Assembly: GCF_963921235.1 (NCBI RefSeq)
Contig: NC_086097.1
Coordinates: 101,744,001-101,808,000 of the forward strand
From: Mobula hypostoma
Lineage: Eukaryota
Direction of reading: 5' to 3'
DNA length: 64,000 nucleotides
Part shown: in pieces, positions 18,001 to 29,333 of the stretch
Numbering within the stretch: the stretch's first letter is position 1
How the letters are laid out: each line of letters begins with the position of its first letter
Notes under the pieces: generated by a model
What the model was told of the DNA's origin: nothing
Databases searched by the model: none
Seen by the model: the letters and a program-made list of their open reading frames with translations, nothing else
Made by a program: the position numbers and the translations under genes

Positions 18001-21000
18001 TAAACAGCCCAACACCCTGCTTCCTACACACACTGTATAAACACCCATCACCCTGATTCATACACACACTATATAAACACACCATCACCATGATTGCTAC
18101 ACAATGTATAAACACCTCATCATCCTGGTTCCTACACAGACTAGATAAACACCCCATCACTCTGATTCCTATGTACACTGTATAAACAGCCCAACACCCT
18201 GGTTCCTACACACACTGTATAAACACCCATCGCCCTGATTCATACACACACTGTATAAAAACACCATCACCATGATTGCTACACAATGTATAAACACCTC
18301 ATCACCCTGGTTCCTACACACACTGTATAAATACACCATCACTATGATTGCTACACAATGTATAAACACCTCATCTGGGCTGTTTATACAGTGTGTGTAG
18401 GAACCATGGTGTTGGTCTGTTTATACAGTGTATGTAGGAATCAGGGTGATGGGGTGTTTATTTTGTATAAACAGACCAACACCATGGTTCCTAGACACAC
18501 TGTATAAACAGCCCAACACCCTGGTTCCTACACACACTGTATAAACAGCCCAACACCCTGGTTCCGACACACACTGTATAAACAGCCCAACACCCTGGTT
18601 CCTACACACACTGAATAAACACCCCATCACCACGATTCCTGCACACGGTATAAACACCTCATCACCCTCGTTCCTACATACTGTATAAACACCACATCAC
18701 CCTGATTCCTACACACACTGTGTAAACACCCCATCACCCTAGTTCCTACTCACACTGTATAAACACCCCAGCACCCTGTTTCCTACACACACGGTATAAA
18801 CAACCCATCACCCTGTTTCCAACACACTGTATAAACACCCCAATCCCCCTTGTTCCTACACACACTGTAGAAACACCCCATCACCCTGGTTCTTACACAC
18901 ACTGTATAAACACCCCATCACCCTGGTTCCTCCAAACACTGTAAAAACACCCCATCACCCTGATTCCTACACACACTGCATAAATACCCCATTACCCTCG
19001 TTCCTACACACACTGTATAAACACCCCATCACCCTGACTCCTACACACTGTATAAACACTCCATCACCCTGATTCCTACACACTGCATAAACACACCATC
19101 ACCCTGTTTCCTACACACTCTGTATAAACGCCCCATCACCCTGGTTCCTACAAACTGTATAAACGCCCCATCACCCTGGTTCCTGCACACACTGTATAAA
19201 CACCCTATCATCCTGATTCCTACACACACTGTATAAAAAACCATCACCCTTGTTCCTACACACACAGTATAAACACCCTATCACCCTGGTTCCTACACAC
19301 TGTATAAACACCCCATCACCCTGGTTCCTACACACTGTATAAACACCCCGTCACCCTGTTTCATACACACACTGTATAAACACTCCATCACCCTGGTTCC
19401 TACACACACTGTATAAACACCCCATCCCCCTTGTTCCTACACACACCGTATAAACACCCTGTCATCCTGATTCCTACACACACTGTATAAAAAACCATCA
19501 CCCTTGTTCCTACACACACAGTATAAACACCCTATCACCCTGGTTCCTACACACTGTATAAACACCCCATCATCCTGATTCCTACACACACTGTATAAAC
19601 AGCCGATTATCCTGATTCCTACACCCACTGTATAAACACTCCATCACCCCGATTACTACAAACACTGCATAAACACCCCATCACCCTGGGTCCTACACAA
19701 ACTGTATAAATGCCCCATCACCCTGATTCCCACACACACTGTACAAACACCCCATCACCCTGCTTCCTACGTACACTTTATAAACACCCCATCACCCCGA
19801 TTGGTACACATACTACATAAACACCCCATCACCCTGGTTCCTGCACACACTGTATAAACACCCCATCACCCCGATTGGTACACACACTGTATAAACACAC
19901 CATTACCCTCGTTCCTACACACACTGTATAAACACACCATTACCCTCGTTCAATCACCCCGATTACTACAAACTGTATAAACACCCCATCGCCCTGGTTC
20001 CTACACAAACTGTATAAACACCTCATCACCCTGATTCCTACACACTGTATAAACACCCCATCACCTTGATTCCTACACCCACTGTATAAGCACCCCATCA
20101 TCCAGATTCCTACACAAACTGCATAAACACCCCATCACCCTGGTTGCTCCACACACTGTATAAACACCCCATCACCCTGATTTCTACACACACTGTAGAA
20201 ACAACCAATCACCCTGATTCCTACACACTGTATAAACACCCCATCCCCCTTGTTCCTACACACACTGTAGAATCACCCCAACACCCTGATTCCTACACAC
20301 TGTATGAACACCCCATCACCCTGATTCCTACACACTGCATAAACACCCCATCACCCTGATTCCTACACACTGCATAAACACACCATCACCCTGTTTCCTA
20401 CACACACTGTATAAACACCCCATCACCCTGATTTCTACACACTGTAGAAACAACCCATCACCCTGATTCCTACACCCACTGTATAAGCACCCCATCATCC
20501 TGATTCCTACACACACTGCATAAATACCCCATTACCCCGATTCTTACACACACTGTATAAACACCCCATCACCCTGATTCCTATACATACTGTATAAAGA
20601 CCCCATCACCTTGATTCCTACACATTGTATATACACACCATCACCCTGATTGCTACACACTGTCTAAACACGCCATCATCCTGATTCCAACACAATGTAT
20701 AAACACCCCATCACCCTGATTCCCACACACACTCTATAAACACCCCATCACCCTGTTTCCTACACACACGGTATAAACAACCCATCACCCTGTTTCCACC
20801 ACACTGTATAAACACCCCAATCCCCCTTGTTCCTACACACACTGTAGAAACACCCCATCACCCTGGTTCTTACACACACTGTATAAACACCCCATCACCC
20901 TGGTTCCTCCAAACACTGTAAAAACACCCCATTAACCTGATTCCTACACACACTGCATAAATACCCCATTACCCCGATTCCTACACACACTGTATAAACA

Positions 21001-23155
21001 CCCCATCACCCTGATTCCTATACATACTGTATAAAGACCCCATTACCTTGATTCCTACACATTGTATATACACACCATCACCCTGATTGCTACACACTGT
21101 CTAAACACCGAGTCACCCTGATTCCGACACACACTGTACAAACACCCCATCACCCTGGTTGCTCCACACACTGTATAAACACCCCATCACCCTGATTCCT
21201 ACACACACTGTAGAAACACCCCATCCCCCTTGTTCCTACACACACTGTACAAACACACCATCACCCTGATTCCTACACCCACTGTATAAGCACCCCATCA
21301 TCCAGATTCCTACACACTGTATAAACACCCCATTACCCCGATTCCTACACACACTGTATAAACACCCCATCACCCTGATTCCTACACACTGTATAAACAC
21401 CCCATTACCCCGATTCCTACACACACTGTATAAACACCCCACCACCCTGATTCCTACACCAACTGTATAAGCACCCTATCATCCAGATTCCTACACAAAC
21501 TGTATAAACACCCCATTACCCTGGTTCCTACACACACTGTAGAATCACCCCAACACCCTGATTCCTACACACTGTATAAACACCCCATCACCCTGATTCC
21601 TACACACTGTACAAACACCCCATCACCCTGATTCCTACACACTGCATAAACACACCATCACCCTGTTTCCTACACACTCTGTATAAACACCCTATCAATC
21701 TGGTTCCTACACACACTGTATAAACACCCCATCACCCTAATTCCTACAAACTGTATAAACGCCCCATCACCCTGGTTCCTGCACACACTGTATAAACACC
21801 CTATCATCCTGATTCCTACACACACTGTATAAAAAACCATCACCCTTGTTCCTACACACACAGTATAAACACCCTATCACCCTGGTTCCTACACACTGTA
21901 TAAACACCCCATCACCATGACTCCTACACACACAGTATAAACACCCCATCACCCTGGTTCCTACACACTGTATAAACACCCCGTCACCCTGTTTCATACA
22001 CACACTGTATAAACACTCCATCACCCTGGTTCCTACACACACTGTATAAACACCCCATCATCCTGATTCCTACACACACTGTATAAACACCCTATCATCC
22101 TGATTCCTACACACACTGTATAAAAAACCATCACCCTTGTTCCTACACACACAGTATAAACACCCTATCACCCTGGTTCCTACACACTGTATAAACACCC
22201 CATCACCATGACTCCTACACACACAGTATAAACACCCCATCACCCTGGTTCCTACACACTGTATAAACACCCCATCACCCTGATTCCTACACACACTGTA
22301 TAAACACCCCATCACCCCGATTCCTACACGCATTGTATAAACACCCCATCACCCTGATTTCGACACACACTGCATAAACACCACATCACCCTGGTTCCTA
22401 AACACACTGTATAAACACCTTATCACCCTGATTCCTACACACTATAAAAACACCCCATCACCCTGATTCCTACACAAACTGTATAAACACCCCATCACCC
22501 TGATTCCTACACACTGTATAAACACACCATCACCCTGGTTCCTACACACACTGTATAAACACCCCATCACCCAGATTCCTACACACTGTATAAACGCCCC
22601 ATCACCCTGATTCCTACACACTGTATAAACACCCCATCACCCTGCTTCCTACACACATTGTATAAACACCCCATCACCCTGATTCTTACACACTGTATAA
22701 ACACCCCATCACCCTGATTCCTACACACACTGTATAAACACCCCATCACCCCGATTCCGACACGCATTGTATAAACACCCCATCACCCTGATTCCGACAC
22801 ACACTGCATAAACACCACATCACCCTGGTTCCTAAACACACTGTATAAACACCTTATCACCCTGATTCCTACACACTATAAAAACACCCCATCACCCTGA
22901 TTCCTACACAAACTGTATAAACACCCCATCACCCTGATTCCTACACACTGTATAAACACACCATCACCCTGGTTCCTACACACACTGTATAAACATCCCA
23001 TCACCCTGATTCCTACACACTGTATAAACACCCCATCACCCTGGTTCCTGCACACACTGTATAAACTCCCCATCACCCTGGTTCCTGCACACACTGTATA
23101 ATCACCCCATCATTTGATTCCTACACACACTGTATAAACACCCCATCACCCTGGT
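1..23155. repeat. Large tandem array (minisatellite/satellite), 35-37-bp monomer, consensus ATAAACACCCCATCACCCTGATTCCTACACACACTGT, roughly 640 monomers; runs off the left window edge
   Basis: The monomer is directly visible throughout. The array ends abruptly at ...ATCACCCTGG|TTTTTT (~23155). Identical ORF-track peptides recur at offsets of 2934 and 3877 bp, showing higher-order duplication. Confidence 0.98.
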
Positions 23156-23159
23156 TTTT

Positions 23160-23520
23160 TGCTTTGTTGCCCCACTGCAAAATATCTGAAAAGTAATGAA
23201 ATATATCTCTGTTGTCTTTGTAACATCGAAGACCATCCAGCTTAGGATAAAAATCCTCCAGTACACTCATGCCCTTCTTTTCTGGATTGTCAGAGTTCCA
23301 CTATTTACCCACATTGAATCATATTTGTATAGAACAGTACTGACATTTTTTTATTCACAATCTGCGCAGACACTGGAAATATTAAGTATTCTGCTTTTCT
23401 AGTTAAAATACAAATTTTATGCTTTCCTTGAAAGTGTCGGTCCCTTAATTTTGTTTTTTTTTCCAACTGTTTTATCTGCTTCTTCACTCACCCTAATTGT
23501 CCAGTCCTCACTGACGTCAC
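23160..23520 (-). mobile_element. Degenerate CR1-like LINE fragment flanking the array
   Basis: Weak resemblance to the CR1 endonuclease-side sequence seen elsewhere in the window; heavily decayed. Confidence 0.35.
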
Positions 23521-23525
23521 TATTT

Positions 23526-24835
23526 GACAAGATAGGCAGAACTCAGCATAGATTCCTTAAAGGAAAATCCTGCCTGACAAACCTATTACAATTTTTTGAG
23601 GAAATTACCAGTAGGCTAGACAAGGGAGATGCAGTAGATGTTGTATGCTTGGATTTTCAGAAGGCCTTTGACAAGGTGCCATACATGAGGCTACTTAACA
23701 AGATAAGAGCCCATGGAATTACAGGAAAGTTACATACGTGGATAGAGCGTTAGTTGATTGGCAGGAAACAGAGAGTGGGAATAAAGGGATCCTATTCTGG
23801 TTGGCTGCCGGTTACCAGTGGTGTTCCGCAGGGATCAGTGTTGGGACCGCTTCTTTTTACATTGTACATCAACGATTTGGATCATGGAATAGATGGCTTT
23901 GTGGCTAAGTTTGCTGACGATACGAAGATAGGTGGAGGGGCCGGTAGTGCTGAGGAAACGGAGAGTCTGCAGAGAGACTTGGATATATTGGAAGAATGGG
24001 CAGAGAAGTGGCAAATGAAGTACAATGTTGGAAAGTGTATGGTTATGCACTTTGGCAGAAAAAAATAAACGGGCAGACTATTATTTAAATGGGGAAAGAA
24101 TTCAAAGTTCGGAGATGCAACAGGACTTGGGAGTCCTCGTGCAGGATACCCTTAAAGTTAACCTCCAGGTTGAGTCAGTAGTGAAGAATGCGAATGCAAT
24201 GTTGGCATTCATTTCTAGAGGACTAGAGTATAGGAGCAAGGATGTGATGTTGAGGCTCTATAAGGCGCTGGTGAGACCTCACTTGGAGTACCGTGGGCAG
24301 TTTTGGTCTCCTTATTTAAGAAAGGATATGCTGACGTTGGAGAAGGTACAGATTAGATTCACTAGAATGATTCCGGGAATGAGAGGGTTAACATATGAGG
24401 AACGTTTGTCTGCTCTTGGACTGTATTCCTTGGAGTTTCGAAGAATGAGGGGAGACCTCATAGAAACATTCTGAATGTTGAAAGGCATGGACAGAGTGGA
24501 TGTGGCAAAGTTGTTTCCCATGATGGGGGAGTCTAGTACGAGAGGACATGACTTAAGGATTGAAGGGCGCCCATTCAGAACAGAAAGGCGAAGAAATTTT
24601 TTTAGTCAGAGGGTGGTGAATCTATGGAATTTGTTGCCATTGGTGGCAGTGGAAGCCAAGTCATTGGGTGTATTTAAGGCAGAGAATGATAGGTATCTGA
24701 GTAGCCAGGGCATCAAAGGTTATGGTGAGAGGGCAGGGGAGTGGGACTAAATGGGAGAATGGATCAGCTCATGATAAAAAAGCGGAGCAGGCTCGATGGG
24801 CCAAATGGTCGACTTCTGCTCCTTTGTCTTATGGT
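23526..24835 (+). mobile_element. 5'-truncated CR1 LINE (RT C-terminal half plus 3' UTR)
   Basis: Peptides SCLTNLLQFFEE, LDFQKAFDKVP, GVPQGSVLGPLLF, KFADDTK, LVRPHLEY and NFFSQRVVNLWN; stops and frameshifts; ends in TCTTATGGTCT; possible 6-bp TSD CTATTT (23520-23525 / 24836-24841). Confidence 0.93.
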
Positions 24836-25284
24836 CTATTTTGGCTAGTTTGCAAGCTGAATGAGTTTCAGTTGCCAATCACTGTTTGCAGAGCTTTCAT
24901 CCTCATCTGGCTCCAGATCTCCTCACCTGTTCTTTTCACACATTCCCTACTTCACCCATTCCCTTCTGCCTCCTGAATGGGGAGGTTCTTCGGTGTAACT
25001 GTAAGCAATAGAGTGCACCTGCAATCATGAATTATGCTTTTGTTCATCCAGAGGAACTGGGCATGCTTGCCCAGGGTAATAGTGAATTCCCATCCCTGAC
25101 TGCACTTCAGATGTACAAGTTCCCCAAAGCACTGCAATCCTTGTGTCAAATGCTGTTGAGATCAACAGTACTTTGAGTCTTGAAGGTGTCTGGCCACTGG
25201 TACATGCCGACCGTGATTCCCATTTCAGCTAGTTCCTTTTGACGTTATTTGGCCCATATCACCCTGAACCTTCCCAATTCATGC

Positions 25285-25600
25285 ACCTGACAGGACAGCT
25301 TGGATTGCTCCCCCCAGGTGGAAATGGCTAATACGAGGGGTCATAACTTTTGGGAGGCTGCAGTAAAGTTCAGGGGGGTGTCAGAGGTAGTTGTTTTTAT
25401 ACACACACACACACACACAGAGTGGTGGGTGCATGGAACGGGCTGCCAAGGGGAGTGCTCGAGGTACATTCGGGACATTTAAGAGACTCTTAGATAGTCA
25501 CACGGATGATAGAAAAATGGAGGGCTTTGTGGGAGGGACAGATTAGATTGATCTTTCAAGGTCAGCATAACTTGGCGGAGTATGAAAGACTTGTGCTGAT
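25285..25600 (+). mobile_element. CR1 3' fragment
   Basis: VEMANTRGHNF peptide and a 3' UTR resembling the CR1 copy at 47510-49075. Confidence 0.65.
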
Positions 25601-26163
25601 CCACCGTCTGCAGAGTTCACTGGGATTTTTAACCTCTCACTTTGGCAGTCTGAGGTATCAACCTGCTTCAGGCAGGCTTCTATTATACCAGTACCTTGAA
25701 GAATGTAGTAACCTATCTCAATGACTATCATCCAGAAGCACTTACATCCACTGTGATGAAAACTATCAAATCCTGCCTGAGAAGCGACTTGGATCCGCTC
25801 CAATTTGCCTACTGGGGCACCAGGTCCACGGCAGATGCCATCTCATTGACTCTTCACTCAACCCTGCAACATCTGGACAGCAAAGCTGCACATATCAGGA
25901 TGTTCCTTATCAACTACAGCTCAGCATTCACTACTATCGCCCCCTCAAAACTAATCAATCAGCTTCAAGAGCTTGGTCTCAATGCCTCCATGCGCAATTA
26001 GATCCTGGATTTTCTTAGTTACAGATCTCAGTCAGTTCAGTTTAACAACAATATCTCCTCTATTAACTCCACAGTGCCAGTGCACCACAAGCTGTGAGCT
26101 TAGCCCCCTGCTCTACTCATGTTACATTTATGACTGTGAGGCTAAGCACAGCTCCAATGTATA

Positions 26164-27645
26164 CAGGTTTCCCTCGCCATCCGAAGGTAGAGCGTTCCTA
26201 TGAAATGGTTCGTAAGCCGTAATGTCGTAAAGCGAAGAAGCAATTACCATTTATTTATATGGGAAAATTTTGTAGCTTTCGCAGACCCAAAAATAACCTA
26301 CCAAATCATGCCAAATAACACACAAAACCTAAAATAACAGTAACATATAGTAAAAGCAGGAATGATATGATAAATACACAGCTTATATAAAGTAGAAATA
26401 CTTTTCCACAATCATTGCCTGAACTGTTCTCCATAGTGAAAATCTCAGGCAAGCACTCTCGGCAAAAACATGGCACAAGCGCTGTCCAGTAGCCTTTATG
26501 CTATGAAGCTGCCAAATCATACCAAATAACACGTAAAAATACACAGCCTATGTAAAGTAGAAATAATGTATGTACAGTGTAGTATCACTGACCGGAACTG
26601 GGAAAGCACGGAGCACACTGATGGTGGTGTGTTAGACTGAGTCGTCGGAGTTTGGGTGCTGCAGTGGCCCCCACCCTCTGGGCAGCAAACCGGTACCAAT
26701 CCGTGAAGCATGCAGCAGTAGCCGGGAGGCACACAGCACAACTTTAAGAAAAAAGCCAAAATAAACATGCTAATTAATTAGGTGCCGCCCAGCACGTATT
26801 TAATTAGCATGTTTATTTTGGCTTTTTTCTTAAAGGTGTGCTGTGTGCCTCCCGGCTACTGCTGCATTCTTCGCGAATCGGTATCTGTCCGCAGCCTGGG
26901 TGTTGGGGTGGTGGGACACTGGGGTGTCATCTCATCGTCGTCTGTTTCCATTAGAGCAGGCAGCTCATCTCCTCCTATGACTGCCCACCTCGATGTCGAA
27001 GGTCAAGGTTCATCGTCTGCTGTGGCTAATGTGGAAGGCTTGCTTGACTGCTGAGCCTCACACATTTTTCTATCATACAGTTCTTTGTAAGCACTCAAAC
27101 CATCCTGCAAATATCCCCTAAACTGACGTACCCTTTCAAAATTAAGGTCATACTTTATCATTACTCATTTGGTTTCGATTGTTATCCTTTCCTCTGCCAA
27201 TTGCATCAGCTCTTCATCTATCAGTTCTTGGTCATGGGATGCCAGAACCTCTTTAACATCATCTTCGTCAGCTTCCACAAGCCAAACTCACTTCATCCTT
27301 ACTTCGTTCACCACAATCGAAATGCTTAATTATGTCTAGTTTTACGCTAAGTGTTAACACCCTTACGAGCTCTTTTAGGCTTTTCCGATACCATAGAACT
27401 CATCTTGCTAATGGCTGCTCACAGGCACGTGTTTAAGCAATGCCGGCGAGAATGCCATTCCAAATCCGGGGGAGAGCAGCTGCTCGGGGCGCACGCTGCC
27501 TTTTATCGCGCGCTGATTTTTTTTGCGCGCTGCTTTTTTTGTAACAGTGAAAACACCTTCTGTTAGCGAAAACAGGGTACTAATGTAGGTCTTTCATAAC
27601 AGTGAGGTTTCGTAAAGCGAACATTCGAAAAGTGGGGGACACCTG
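26164..27645 (-). mobile_element. Non-autonomous Tigger/pogo (Tc1/mariner superfamily) DNA transposon, 1482 bp
   Basis: TA on both sides; imperfect TIRs CAGGTTTCCC... / ...GGGGGACACCTG; minus-strand remnant EADEDDVKEVLASHDQELIDEELMQL...YDLNFERV...YKELYDRK resembles a Tigger transposase C-terminus. Confidence 0.88.
26710..26867. repeat. Near-perfect inverted repeat (~68-bp arms, ~22-bp loop) inside the Tigger element
   Basis: ATGCAGCAGTAGCCGGGAGGCACACAGCACAACTTTAAG...CATGCTAATTAA versus its reverse complement at ~26800-26867, with one mismatch in the core. Confidence 0.95.
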
Positions 27646-28208
27646 TATTCAAGCTTGCTAATGACCCTCTGTCTTTGGCTGAATCAAAGCTGATGACAAA
27701 TCAGCATATAGGAGGGAGATGGAAGATCTGATTGAGTGGTGCCATAACAACAACCTCTCACTCCATGTCAGCAAGACCAAGGGGCTAATTATTGACTTCA
27801 AGAGGAGGAATCCTAATATTAAGTTCCAGAACCTGAGCCTCTGTACCTCCCTCTGCAATTAGATCCTTGATTTCCCAACCAGAAGACCACAATCTGTGCA
27901 GTTGGTGATAGTATCTCCTCCTCGCTGATGATCAACACTGGTGCACCTCAGGGGTGTGTACTTAGCCCACTGCTCTACTGTCTCTATATCCATGACTGTG
28001 TGGCTAGGCATAGCTCAAACTAGACAACGGGGTGAGCCTTTGGGGCACCCTTTGAGAGAAGGGTAGTGCAGTCTGATATGACCAGAATGAACATTAAATT
28101 TTCCTGAATGCTATTGCTATCTCCCTGATTTGGAAATTATAGAAGAAAAACTCAGCTTATTAAAGAAGAAAGATGCATAGCAAAACAAATATGTGACCAG
28201 AATGAACA

Positions 28209-28964
28209 TTAGATATCCATGAAGTAAATTTGAAGGAATCGGGCTTGTTGGGTCAGGTCTGGAATTAAATGTCCAATGTAATGACGGATTTGGCCTTGAA
28301 TAATCACAGAAGGATTCCATGGATTCCTAGCTGGAAGTACCTCTTTGGCACCAAAGGATGTCATTTGGAAGAGGCAATTGTATTGTCTGATGTTCTTCCT
28401 GAACTCGTTTGCAATAGGTTCATCATTGCTGTACAAGTTGAGGAGTTCATTAGGTAGAGGCTGCAAATTGCCTATCCTGACCTTTCCCTTCATACAGCAG
28501 AAATGTGCGGTTTCTCCAGTGAACAGGAAGGCACGACAGTGAGGGCATACTCTGGTCATCGAACCAACATCAGCAGAAATGTGACGGCATCTGAGTCGTG
28601 CATTTTGCCTTGCCCTTTCTGTCAATGTATCGTCGTCGAAAGCGGCCATTGTCGTCTTCAGCAACCCTCGCAATAATTACTGTGCCACATATTCTCGAGT
28701 TGATCTTTCCTTTTCTCCTCTGTTTCTTCCTCTCTCCTCCTTCTGCCTGTTTGTGTCACTCTGGAGACACGCAGCCCTTTCATCCTTCGTCTCTTCATCT
28801 TTTCTACCAGTTGTTCTTTCTCTCTGATCCTGGAGTCGTGCAGCCCTGGCCTCATCCGATTGTTGTTCTCTCCCTCTCCTTGCCACTTCCCAACGACGTT
28901 TGGCGTCATCTCTTGACCATAATGTCCCTCTTCTCTTTCCACGCAGCATAATTAGGCTATCCAT
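28209..28964 (-). pseudogene. Truncated Helitron RepHel N-terminus (charged repeats, Zn-finger, Rep-proximal motifs)
   Basis: Charged EARAARLQDQRER segment, then CPHC...CCMKGKV, FRKNIRQYNCLFQMTSFGA, IQGQIRHYIGHL and ARFLQIYFMD. One in-frame stop at ~28677. No HUH or helicase domain remains. Confidence 0.85.
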
Positions 28965-29024
28965 ATATTTTTACCCCAATGCTTGATAGACGTTAAGAAG
29001 CAGTAACACCAAAATGTCCAAGCT

Positions 29025-29333
29025 GCTGAGTCTGGCCGTGCGCATGCGTCGTGGTGTGGCGTCACGGTCTCCATGGAAGGTGGAGCGGGTTTGTGAGCAG
29101 CGTGAGGTGCCGCTGAGTCTGGCCATGCGCATGCGTCGGGCTGTGGCGTCGCGGTCTCCATGGAAGGTGGAGCGGGTTTGTGAGCAGCGTGAGGCGCCGC
29201 TGAGTCTGGCCGTGCACATGCGTCGGGCTGTGGCGTCGCGGTCTCCATGGAAGGTGGAGCGGGTTTGTGAGCAGCGTGAGGCGCCGCTGAGTCTGGCCGT
29301 GCGCATGCGTCGGGCTGTGGCGTCCCGATTTCC
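29025..29333. repeat. 87-bp CpG-rich tandem repeat, ~3.5 copies, in the Helitron 5' region
   Basis: GCTGAGTCTGGCC starts at 29025, 29112, 29199 and 29286. Confidence 0.97.

Larger units (their letters stand above)
25640..27815 (+). mobile_element. Rex1/Babar-like LINE fragment (RT region), interrupted by the Tigger element
   Basis: LNDYHPEALTS, LDPLQFAY, RSTADAIS and NYSSAFTTI motifs. Removing 26164-27647 restores CAGCTCCAATGTA-TA-TTCAAGCTTGCTAATGAC, a KFADD-like region. Confidence 0.8.

Noticed and set aside
712..23094. Dozens of Cys/Val/Gly-rich 60-96-aa ORFs
   Set aside because: These are translations of the stop-poor TG-rich strand of the tandem repeat; frames shift with the 35/37-bp monomers and there is no gene structure
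1..23155. CRISPR-like periodicity (~36-bp repeats)
   Set aside because: Monomers are head-to-tail with no unique spacers, there are no cas genes, and the context is vertebrate
24850..25240. Possible additional GALNT exon
   Set aside because: No GALNT-like peptide in the minus-strand frames I read
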